Source: Camelus ferus (lineage: Eukaryota). From it: 64,000 nucleotides of DNA. The DNA is taken from NCBI RefSeq assembly GCF_009834535.1, contig NC_045697.1, positions 51,834,001-51,898,000 of the forward strand. Reading direction: 5' to 3'. The position numbers and the translations under genes were made by a program. This document shows positions 14,880 to 26,439 of this stretch, piece by piece (the first letter of the stretch is position 1; the number at the start of each line of letters is the position of its first letter). The notes under the pieces are model-generated. The model had not been told where the DNA came from, made no database searches, and was given only the letters and a program-made list of their open reading frames with translations.

Positions 14880-15068
14880 AGAGTTGCCAGATTCCACAAA
14901 TAAATATACAAGATTCTCATTTAAATTTGGATTTCAGCTAAACATGGAAGTTTTTAGTGCTAGGTGTGTCCCATGATAATATTTGAGACAGATTTACACT
15001 AAAAAAAAAATTGTTATTTATCTGATATTTGAATTTAACAGAGAATACTGCATTCTGTCTGACAGCCC
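14880..15068. mobile_element. MER53-like palindromic hAT MITE
   Basis: agagttgccaga…ttaaatttggatttcagctaaaca…tgtccca…tgagaca…tttatctgatatttgaatttaa…tctgacagccct; degenerate whole-element palindrome. Confidence 0.75.
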
Positions 15069-17113
15069 TTCCCACACCCAAACATTTCAGTGACTTACTC
15101 AAGAGACGGTTGGAATGGGGCTGAGCAAGCAACAGTGACAAGAGTCCACTACTATAGGAATGAAGTACTGTGCCTTTCAAAAGACATTACCAAGCCAAAA
15201 GAATGTGGAAGGGATCTGTAGGCAAGGAGACTACAGTAAGAGAAATGAAACATAAAATGCACGAATGCAAACTAAATAGAATAAAAGAGACCAGTGGGAG
15301 ACTGTTACTAGGAAATGTGGGAAGAGGAGGACTTGGAAAGGAGGATTCAACAATGTGAGTTGACTCTGTAACTTCCATTTCCCCCTCCTCTTTTATTTCA
15401 AGCCCCCCTTTATCATTTTAAATAGGATCTCAGTACTACTCAAGAACCCACACTTTTCCTAACCATGTGCTCCAGAGGAGGCCGTCCTCAGTAACAGGTT
15501 AATTTTCGGTTAGAATAAGATATATGGGAGTTCTGTTCTTTGAATGATTTTTACATGGCCTTGTGATTCAATTCTGGCCACTGAAACATGTAGTTAAATG
15601 TACCAGAGGGCTTCCAAGAAAGCTTTTCGCCTACTTTTAAGAAAGACATGCATGAAAACACGATTTGTCAAACCTGGCTGTGATGCTGGCATTGGTGCAG
15701 CCATTCTGAAAGAATCAAAGAAGCTAATCTCAAGATAAAGCCTGTATACCAAGAATGGCAGGATATGAAAAAATGAAAGAACTATGTACTTGATGATCTA
15801 TTAATGAACTGATTAACCCAGGAATCACCCTACCTCTAGACCTCTCATAACATAAACTAATATGTTTTGTGATTGCTTAAAACACTTTAAATAAAGCTTT
15901 ATTTATTTGCAGCTATAAACATTCTAACTGGCATGTAGGAAATTATTATTAAAAGTCAGGATTTTCTATGTACATGAACATTGAGGTGGCTGTTCTATTT
16001 TGTTTGTTTGCTAATGATCACAAACTCAAAGCATGAAAACTTTTTTTTTTGACTTGGAATGTAAGACATTTTCCATTTTAAAAAATGCCATATGCTTACC
16101 CCTTAAAGTAGTCAGTGAAAACAAAAGCAAACGTGTATTTTAGAATTAGAATTTTAGAATTAGAATTAGTACTTTAGAATTAGTATTTTAGAATTTTTCC
16201 TTTCAGCAAAAAGGAATCACGGAAACTAATATTCATTCAATGGTAATGTCTTTTTTTTAAAAAAAGCAACAGTTACTTAATGAAACTTCAGAATTGACAT
16301 CATAAATTGGCCTGAATAGAGTTCTTTGAAGTATCATTATGGAATTTCCCAGTTAGTGAAGGATTCAGCTGCTTTTTCACAGAAACATTTTATATCTTGG
16401 TAGAATGATGCCCCCATATGTGTGGAGATGCTGCTACTGTATCTTTTTTGGAGCTATAACAATATAACTTTATTTAAATTATATCAATGCCAACAGAGTG
16501 TCATCAGAGTTTGCAACACCCAACACAAAATGTCACTGCTTTCATTCCTTGAACTTGCCTATTGCCTTCTCTGTGATTCTTCAGCCATTTAAGCAGAAAA
16601 TGATCTGATAGGGTGTCTTTGGACATGATTTGCATGATAATCAACTTCAGTTTTTCCTATTCCTATACTTATGGGGGCGCAGGTAGAATCAGGCACAGAG
16701 GTATCTAAAATTTCGTCAAAGTGTGTGTGTTTGCTTTTAAACTTTGAAGCTTTATAAAGGTGTACACTATTAGTAAAAGGTATATTCTAATACCCTGACT
16801 AGATCTGCTTAAAGTAGAGATTGCAGAAATGATTTAAGCTTATGCAATTGTCTGTGACTACATGATACAAATTCAGCTTCAATCTGAATATAAATCTGGC
16901 ACAGCTGTGTGGTTCCTAGAGTTAACCCCTAAGGAGTTCTTAACCTTCTCAGGGTCTACCACGTGTGGGCACTCAGTGAATATGCACTGAGTGAAGATCA
17001 GGGACATCTATAAGCTAACTCCAATTTGATATTAGGTTTTTAATCTACTAAGCAAGTTTGTCTCATTGGATTTAATCATAATTTTAACTAAAAGTAAACA
17101 TCCTAGATTCTTC

Positions 17114-17386
17114 TCTGCTTTATCTACTTTTGTGTATGTCTGTGTCTTTTTATTGGAGTATAGTCTGTTTACAATGTGTCAGCTTCTGGTGTACATCAGG
17201 AAAGAGAAAGAAAAATACCATATGATATCACTTATATATGGAATCTAAAAAAAAAAAAGACACAAATGAACTTATTTACAAAATGGACAGAAACTCACAG
17301 ACATAGAAAACAAACTTATGGTTACTAGGGGAAGAAGAGGGTGGGAAGGGATAAATGGAGAGCTCAAGATCTGCTTTATCTACTTT
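17114..17386 (-). mobile_element. Short 5'-inverted (twin-primed) L1 insertion with 17-bp TSD
   Basis: Direct repeat tctgctttatctacttt at 17114-17130 and 17370-17386 flanks an antisense L1 tail (~17146-17195) joined to sense L1 3'UTR (~17196-17369). Confidence 0.85.
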
Positions 17387-17594
17387 GTGCTTTGTATGAG
17401 CTATCTTTACCCTCAGGCTTTCTGAAGTTGTCAACAATTCAGATTTTCCTTTACTAATTCCAGATTTTTTCTCACCTCTGTATTAAAAGAACTATAACCA
17501 TTTGATTTGTGATACATAAGGTAAGATGTAGGAAGATTTAAAAGGTATAGAAAGCTTATCTTAATGGGAAATTACCATCATCATCATCATAGCA

Positions 17595-17815
17595 GCAGTA
17601 AATGCTGTTTGTTGAGTGCTTATATCTAAGAGCTGAATATAGTGTTTTTACTAACATTCATATCATCACAGCAACTCTGCAAAGTAGGTATTCTTATCCC
17701 AATTTGCAGAAGAGAAAACTGAGGCTCAGAGAGATAGGCATCTTAAGTAAAATCACACTGCCAGGATGTGACACTGCCAGGATTTGAAGCCAGGCATGTC
17801 TAATTACAAAGCTCG
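17595..17815 (-). mobile_element. MIR SINE
   Basis: cacagcaactctgcaaagtaggta…gaaaactgaggctcagagag…ggatttgaagccagg. Confidence 0.75.
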
Positions 17816-20083
17816 TGATTGTTACGTTGTAAAGTAGGCACACTGGGAAAAGTTATGAATGAAGATACTTCATAGCCTCAGAACTATTTGTAATTAATAG
17901 GTCTGTGTATAAATAAAATGTGCCAGGAGTTATTCCACTGTGTTTCTTTGAAATGCTTGACATTGCCCACTTGATAAATCATAGGCAAGAACCTTGTACA
18001 GCACAGGAGGAAACAGGGACAGAAGTCTTCTTGATTGAATAAAAGCAGTGATTGAAAGAAAAAAGCTTCCTTCTTCCCTCTCAGGTTCCTCATGCAGTGG
18101 AAAAAGAGATTCTCTTCTCTTACCAGAAAACCACGTATTTCAGGAGGGATGCGAAGGCCAAACCAAAGGTGTTTTAGAGCAAAATGAACTGTCCTTCTGA
18201 AATACGTATTCAGCCTTCTTCATTCATGCATCAGACTTAATGACATGATGACATTGCTAGTATGTTTCCATTGGACACTGTTGCTGACAGTTCTGCCCAA
18301 AAGAGCCATTTTTAGAACTGGGAGCTTGTGTATGAATTTCCTATTTGCACGCTAGCTATCATGACCTTTCACATTCTCAAGTGTGTGAAGAGACTTGAGG
18401 ATGAATAGTAAAGTTGTTTGCAGGTGTAGTCGCTTGCCCTTGATGTGGGTTTACAGCTCTTAAAAACAACTTTTGAGGAAAGCTTTCTGTTTGATGTGGA
18501 TAGTGGGAAAGGTTATTGACATGCTGTGGAGCCAATGTCATTCCCTGATGAGGAGAAAAGTCTCAGTTAATGATCTAGCGTTTGGCCTTCCATCAGAGTG
18601 AATTACAGTATAGCTTTCAAGCCTGAGTAGTCACATTCAGAGCTTGTGCCCATGTTCGAAGGGGAGGGTGCTGGTGTTTCCATATATTTTTAAAAGTGGC
18701 AAGGGTGTGAGTGAGATCTGTACTTCCACTACTCCTGATCCTATGTGGCTCGGGCTTGGTCATCCATCTTCTTGGCCCAGAGACACCACTTTTCCCCCTC
18801 AACTCTACTATAACCACAAAGGTGGAGAGGAAAATGCCCATTCATTAATGTCAGACACTGATTCAAATGGCTTACAGGCCCCAGCACAACGTTAAATAAG
18901 CCTCCATATAAAGCATGAGTCAGAATTGGTCCTGGCAGACTTGTTTTTAGATATGTGGTTGTTTTAGACATCAAGGCAGTTTGCAAAAATATTTTCCAGG
19001 TTTTATATAATTTGAAATGGAAATGAGTATTCTTTCAGTTCTATACCCGCAGCTTTGAATAGTGTCTTTTGTTTTAGTATCCAAATGATACATTTCACTT
19101 TTCAATTCACCAAAACATTTTCTTCACTAAAATGATGGTAACCTGAAGGCAGATAATCTAGAAAATTAGAACCCGAGACTGCCTCTCACTCTTTCTCTAC
19201 GTAGATAGAGGATATAAAGATATATATATATGTGGATGTCTGTTTCTCTCTCTGTGTAAATATGTGTATGTTTTTCTCTTTGGAAAGTTGAAAAAATTAA
19301 ATTCCTTCCATGACATAAAATAGTTTATACTTCTACTTTTCTGCAGATACATGTGATTTTCAGACTGATTTCTTACTTTGGTATCTCACGAATTCAGATA
19401 TATAGCTATCGAAATGACCTGCTCTCCAGACAATGGCCAGTGCAAATGTGAAGACCTACAGTGTCCCCACATCAGCATTCACAAGAAGATCAGATTCATA
19501 AGAAATAAAGTAATATATGGTGACCGATAATCATATTACTGAATGCTATTGTGTTGCCATGCTCTACTCTGATTTTTAAGTTAAGGCTATTGGAAAAAGA
19601 AGCAACTTAAATTTATGTGATACAAATTCTACACTCCATGATTAAAGTAACTTAAATTAACCACTGTAAACTTACCAACCTGTGATTTTTAACCTTATAG
19701 GCTCCATGTGTTAGCCTGCACATGCTCTGTACTCCCACTTTCTTTGTTCTGCACAGAGGATGCAGCTGGAGGAAGACTAAACTAGTTTTATCCTCCTGGA
19801 ATAGTCTGGCGTGGTGGCACTGCTCTCTGTGCAGTAATGTTATTTTACTCTCAACGTTGCTGCCCTGTGTTGAATTTATAGGCAGTCTGTCTAATCACAT
19901 GTATGTGCACATTATTGAAGGAATAAACTGAGAAACAGCATCTCAGTGACTATGGACGATAATTTAGGCCCCCTCAAAAGATCTGTTTTTGTAAGAAGCC
20001 CCAAAAGATCTGTTTTTGTAAGAAGTTATTAGAAGGACCATTGGGGAAACTGAAATGCCTGGGTTCCTTTTGTTTCTCAATAG

Positions 20084-20283
20084 AGTCGGATCTGGAAGGC
20101 CTTGATGGTCTAGGTACTGTTTACGGCAGTGTTGACCAGCAGCTGAACGAAACCATGAGGCGCCGCAGACACGCAGGAGAAAACGATTACAACATTGAGG
20201 TGCTGCTGGGAGTGGATGACTCTGTGGTCCGTTTCCATGGCAAAGATCACGTCCAAAACTACCTCCTCACCCTGATGAACATT
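20084..20283 (+). CDS. ADAMTS3: ADAMTS3 exon ~5 (200 nt): end of prodomain, furin site RRRR (20158-20169), start of metalloprotease domain
   Basis: tttgtttctcaatag|AG TCG GAT…AAC ATT|gtgagt; translates (E)[66 protein letters not shown]. Confidence 0.97.
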
Positions 20284-23275
20284 GTGAGTAGTGACTCCTT
20301 TTCGAGGCTTTTCAATCTTTTAATTCGTATCTCCTGTTTTGCTCAGAGCTCTTGGAAGCCTCAGTGAGGGCTTCCATGATTGTGCCCCACATCCAAAATA
20401 TGTTCATGACTGCATGCAGTTCACATAGTGATCTACATATTTAACAAGCAAGGTGCAAAAATAAAGGAAGCATGAAGTCAAATTTTCTTTTGAGTGATCA
20501 ACTAGTTTTCGCTTGTTATCGAAGGGAAATTCTAAATTTAAAAATTTATACTGAGGTGGAGCTATAACGTGAATTACAATTTTCATTTGGTTTGGGGGAT
20601 AATCAAAACTCTCAAGACTTTGTCACCTGACTGGATGTGGACAATGAAGGATGAGGTAGTTCTTTCCAGCATCATTTTGCATCCCAGGGTGACAAGGAAT
20701 TATTGAGGCCTGATAACTCTGTGTGGATGCTTGTTGCTAAGCTTTTGAATAGAGTGACATTTTTCAACATTATACAATTAACGGTAATATATGTGCAAAG
20801 CACAGCCAACTCCTGGCCCAGTGCTGCAGTGCAGTTATAAAGGACTCTTTAAATTTGTTCTTTATTTCTTCTCTATGAGCCTTAATCTTATCCAGAAGAA
20901 ATTTAGTCAATATCCTCCAAGTGGTGTTCTTTTTTCTCTTGTGAACTGGCAGAGGGCAATTGAGGAGAAATAATAAATCATCTACTTCTAAAAGGTAATT
21001 GAGATAGTACTGCATTCTATTTTACATATTTTATCTCCTAGAATTACAAAATACATATTATATTGATCTAGCAAGTATATTACCTAAGCCTATTCTCTCT
21101 CTTTCGGACTTTGACTTTTTAACGGAATTTCTTTGGGTATCTTACCTTCTTTTTTTCTATACTTAAGATTAAATTTTGAACAATTATACTGGAGAAGAAA
21201 AATTATTAATTTTATTAATCATGATTTTATTTATTCTAATATTTAAGCTAATATGTTAAATATATATTTTGTTCATTGAGGTGCCAGCATATAAAATTCT
21301 ACGTATACCATGTTTCAGTGAAATGAAAGATGAGTATAGAAACTCAGACATATTTTTGTTTGTTCATTGGCACTAATTCCTGTTATGAGGACCAGTTCTC
21401 ACCCAGAAAACAAATCCCTGTAGAGATGTTATTTGCACTTGCCTCATTCGTTGTCCCTCTGGGCTGCTTTCTCCTACTACTAAGGAGTCAGTCCATCAGT
21501 TCAGACTTATCCGGTGCCTAACTGGTGCTCAGAACTACAGAAGGCTCTTGGAGTAACACAGCAGGGATTTGATATGGTTCTTGTCCTCGCAGTACTTACA
21601 ATTTAGTCAAGAACAAAAAAAAGAGGTAAAAAAATGCAAAAGTTGGGCAATAAAAGGCATGCTATTATTAAGACATATTGGTAGGTGCTAGGTTATAAAT
21701 TCTGTAAGACTTCAGAGGGGAGCAACAGTCACCTGAGCTGTGAAGTGTTGAGAGTGTTAAGTTGGGACTTGGGAGGCAGAGGCTTTAGTTGTAGCTCTGT
21801 TACTGGTTGGATCATATCTCCTTCTATAAATGTTGATCTATTGCCTACTATACGCAAGTCTTATCTTAGACATAGGGAATGTCCCAATGAACACAAAAGA
21901 AACTCTACTCTCTTGGTACTTGGAATAAGAGACAAATAATAGTCAAGAGAAGAAATAAGTATGTCGTCTTTGGTAGTGATAACTACCAAGAAGAAAAATA
22001 GATAAGAGTAAAGGAATATTGTCAAGGAGAGAGGAGGAGGGACTATTTTGAACAGGAAGTTAGAAAAAGCATCTCTGGGATATCATGTGGGCAGAGATAA
22101 AAAAAATTCTGTGAGGAAGAGAACCAGACAAAGAGTTGGAGAAAAAGTGATCCAGTCTGATGGATCATGTTTTATAAAGGAAAAAGCTACAGAATCAAGG
22201 AAAATCTACTGACTTACAACAGAGTCACAAAAACCAAAAAGAAAAGAAATCAAGCTAATACAAAAGAAAATTATCAAACCACAAAAGGAAACAAAAAGAA
22301 AAAGAAAGGAACAAAGAAGAAATACAAAATCAGCTGGAAAACAAAATTTTAAATGGCAATGAAAACACATTTATCAGTAATTACTGTAAGTGCCAATGGA
22401 CTCTAAGTGCCCCAATCAAAAGATATAGTGTGGCACATTTGATGATAAAACAAGAACCAACAATATGCTGCCTATAAGAGATCCACTTTAAGGTGAAGGA
22501 CACATATAGATTGAAGTGAGAGGATAGAAAAAGATATTTCATGCAAATGGAATGACAAGAAAGCAGGGGTAGCAATATTCATATAAGACAAAATAGTCTT
22601 TAAAACAAAGGCCATAAAGAAAGATAAAGAAAGACACTATATAATGATCAAAAGAACAACACAAGAATAGAATATCACACTTGTTAACATATATACACCC
22701 AATATAGGAGCACCTAAATATGTAAAACAAATACTAACAGAGATACAGGGAGAGGTTGATGGGAACACAGTAATAGTAGGAGACTTTAATACCCCATTAA
22801 CATCATTGGACAGATCTTCCAGACAGAAAATCTGTAAGGCAATGGAGATACTAAAAGACAAAATAGAACAGTTAGACTTAGTTGATGTTTTCAGGACCTT
22901 ACATCCCCCAAAAATAGAATATACATTTTTCAAGTGTACATACAACATTCTCTAAGGTAGACTACATACTCAGACACAAAAGAAGGCTGAACAAATTTAA
23001 GAGGGTAGAACTTATTTCAAGCATCTTTTCTGACCACAATGGAATGAAACTAGAAATCAACCACAGAAAGAAAAATGAGAAAAAAATGACAACATGGAGA
23101 CTAAACAATATGCTACTAAAAAACAATGGGTCAACAATGAAATCAAAGAAGAAATTAAAAATACTTTGGGACAAATAACAATGACAACACAACCACACAA
23201 AATCTATGGGATGCACCAAAGTAGTCTCCAGGAGAGAAATTTATAGTGATACAGACCTTCCTCAAAAATAAGAAC

Positions 23276-23847
23276 GAGCCAAGACATGGAGACAGCCTAA
23301 TTGTCCATCAACGGATGACTGGATAAAGAAGATGTGGCATATTTATACAATGGAATACTACTCAGCCATAAAAACCGACAACATAACGCCATTTGCAGCA
23401 ACATGGTTGCTCCTGGAGAATGTCATTCTAAGTGAAGTAAGCCAGCAAGAGAAAGAAAAATACCATATGAGATTGCTTATATGTGGAATCTAAAGAAACA
23501 AACAAACAAACAAACAAAGCATAAATACAAAACAACAGACTCATAGACATAGAATACAAACTTGTGGTTGCCAAGGGGGCGGAGGGTGGGAAGGGATAGA
23601 AGGATTTCAAAATTGTAGAATAGATAAACAAGATTATACTGTATAGCACAGGGAAACATATACAAGATCTTATGGTAGCTCACAGAGAAAAAATGTGACA
23701 ATGAATATATATATGTTCATGTATAACTGAAAAATTGTGCTCTACAGTGGAATTAGACACAACATTGCAAAACGATTATAAATCAATAAAAATGTTAAAA
23801 AAAAAAAAAAGGAAACATTAAGAGCTAGGAGAAAAAAAAAAAAAAAA
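23276..23847 (+). mobile_element. Younger 5'-truncated L1 3' end nested in host ORF2
   Basis: L1 3'UTR plus polyA interrupts the host; near-TSD aaaaa(t/c)aagaac at 23264-23275 and 23843-23854. Confidence 0.88.
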
Positions 23848-26439
23848 CAAGAACAATCGCAAATAAACAATCTAACCTACCACGTAAAAGAATTAGAAAA
23901 AGAAGAACAAATGAAACCTAAAGTCAGCAGAAGGAAAGAAATAATAAAGATCAGGGAAGAAATAAATAAAAGAGATTTCAAAAAACAATAGAAAAAATTA
24001 ATCAAACCAAGAGTTGATTTTTTGAAAGAGCAAACAAAATTGACAAGCCTCTGGTCAGGCTCACCAAGAAGAAAAGGGAGAGGACACAAATAAACAAAGT
24101 AAGAAATGAAAATAGAAAAATTACAACCAACACCACAGAAATACAAAATACTATAAGAGGATACTATGAACAACTATATGACAACAAATTGGACAATCTA
24201 GAATGTGAGTTTCTAGAAACATACAGTCCACCAAAGCTGAATTAAGAAGTAGATAACTTGAACAAACTGATCAGTAGAAATCAAGTAGAATCAGCAATAA
24301 ATAACCTCCCTGCAAACAAAAGTCCAGGACCAGATGACTTCACTGGGGAATTCTACCAAACATACAAGAAGAACTCATACCAATCCTTGTCAAACCCTTG
24401 CAAAAGATTGAAAAGGAAAGAGTACTCCCAAACTCATTCTATGAAGCCACCATCACCTTGATACCAAAAGCAGATGAAGACACTATCAAAAAAGAAAAAT
24501 ATAGGCCAATATCATTGATGAATATAGATGCAAAAATCCTCAACAAAATAGTAGGAAAAAGAAGCCAACAAAACATAAAAAAGATCATACACTATGAATA
24601 AGTTGGATTCATCCCAGGGACACAAGGACAGTTCAATATATGCAAATCAATCAACGTGATGCACCATATCAACAAAAGAAAGGACAAAAATCACATGATC
24701 ATCTCAATAGATGCAGAAAAAGCATTTGATAAAATTCAGTATCCATTTATGATAAAAACTCTTATTAAAGTGGGTATAGAGGGAACATATCTCAATAATA
24801 AGAGCTATTTATGACAAATCCACAGCCAGCATAATACTCAATGGTGAAAAGTTGAAAGCCTTCCTGCTAAAAGCTAGAACAAGACAAGGATGCCCACTCT
24901 CACCACTTCTATTCAACATAGTCTTGGAAGTCCTACCCACAGCAATCAGACAGGGAAAAGAAATAAAAGTGATCCAAATTGGAAAAGAAGAGGTAAAATT
25001 GTCACTATACGTGGATGACGTGATACTATATATAGAAAACCCTAAAAGCTCCACACAAAAGCTACTAGAGCTGATAAAAGAATTCAGCAAGGTAGCAGGA
25101 TACAAGATTCTCATACGGAAATCAACTGCATTTCTTTACACTAACAACAAAATATCAGAAAAGGAAAGTAAAGAACCAATCCCTTTTAAAACAGCATCCA
25201 AATAAATAAAATACTTAGGAATAAACTTGACCAAGAAAGTGAAAGATTTATACACAGAGAACTATAAAATACTGGTTAAGGAAATTAAAGATATCTTAAA
25301 GGAATGGAAAGATATCCCATGCTCTTGGATTGGAAGAATTAATATTGTTAAAATGGCCATACTACACAAAGCAATCTATAGGTTTAATGTGATCCCTATC
25401 AAATTACCCAGGACGGGTTTTCACAGAACTAGAACAAATAATCCTAAAACTTACATGGAATCCCAAGAGACCCAGCATTGCCAAAGCAATACTGAAGAAA
25501 AAGAATGAAGCTGGAGGAATAACAATCCCAGACTTCAGACAATACTACAGAGCTACAGTAATCAAAACAGCATGATATTGGCACAAAAGCAGACATATGG
25601 ATCAATGGAACAGAATAGAGGGACCAGAAATAAACCCACAGACTTATGGCTAATTCATCTTCAACAAAGGAGACAAGAATATACAATGGAGAAATGACTG
25701 TCTCTTCTGCAAGTTGTGTTGGGAAAAATGGACAGCCACATATAAATCAATGAAGTTAGAATTCTCCCTCATACCACACACAAAAATAAACTCAAAATGG
25801 CTTAAAGACTTAAACATAAGGCAGGACACCATGAAACTCCTAGAAGAAAACATAGGCAAAATATTCTCTGACATAAATCATAGCAATATTTTCTTAGATC
25901 ACTCTCCCAAGGCAGAAGAAATAAAAGAAAAATTAACACATGGGCCCTAATCAAACTTGTATGCTTTTGCACAGCAAAGGAAACCATAAACAAAACAAAA
26001 AGACAACCTATGGAATGGGAGACATATTTGCAAATGATGTAACTGACAAGGACTTAATTTCTATAATATGTAAATAGCTCATACCAGTTAATAACAAAGA
26101 AAAACAAACAACCCAATCCAAAAATAGGCAGAAGACCTAAACAAGCAATTCTTCAATGAAGACATACAAATGGCCAATAAGCACATGAAAAAATGCTCAG
26201 TATCACTAATTATCATTAAATACAAATGAAAACTACAATGAGGTAACACCTCACTCCAGTCAGAATGACCGTCCACAAATGATAAATACTGGAGACAGTG
26301 TGAAGAAAAGGGAACCCTCCTACACTATTGATGGGAATGTATTTTGGTGCAGCCATTATGGAGATTCCTTTAAAAACTAAAAATAGATTTACCGTATGAT
26401 ACCAGCAATACCACTCCTGGGCTTATATTTGGACGGAAC

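Noticed and set aside
14880..15068. Long imperfect palindrome as a candidate miRNA hairpin
   Set aside because: Explained by a MER53-like MITE; too degenerate to call an RNA gene without expression data.
16141..16197. Short repeats of ttagaatt with variable spacers (superficially CRISPR- or telomere-like)
   Set aside because: Degenerate AT-rich micro/minisatellite in a mammalian intron; units are far too short and there is no cas context.
18150..18620. Repeat-free stretch that looks like a conserved non-coding enhancer
   Set aside because: Impression only; it cannot be supported without a multi-species alignment.
22167..26276. Many ORFs suggesting an active reverse transcriptase gene
   Set aside because: They are fragments of a dead L1 ORF2 with numerous stops, frameshifts and two nested insertions; minus-strand ORFs are antisense shadows.
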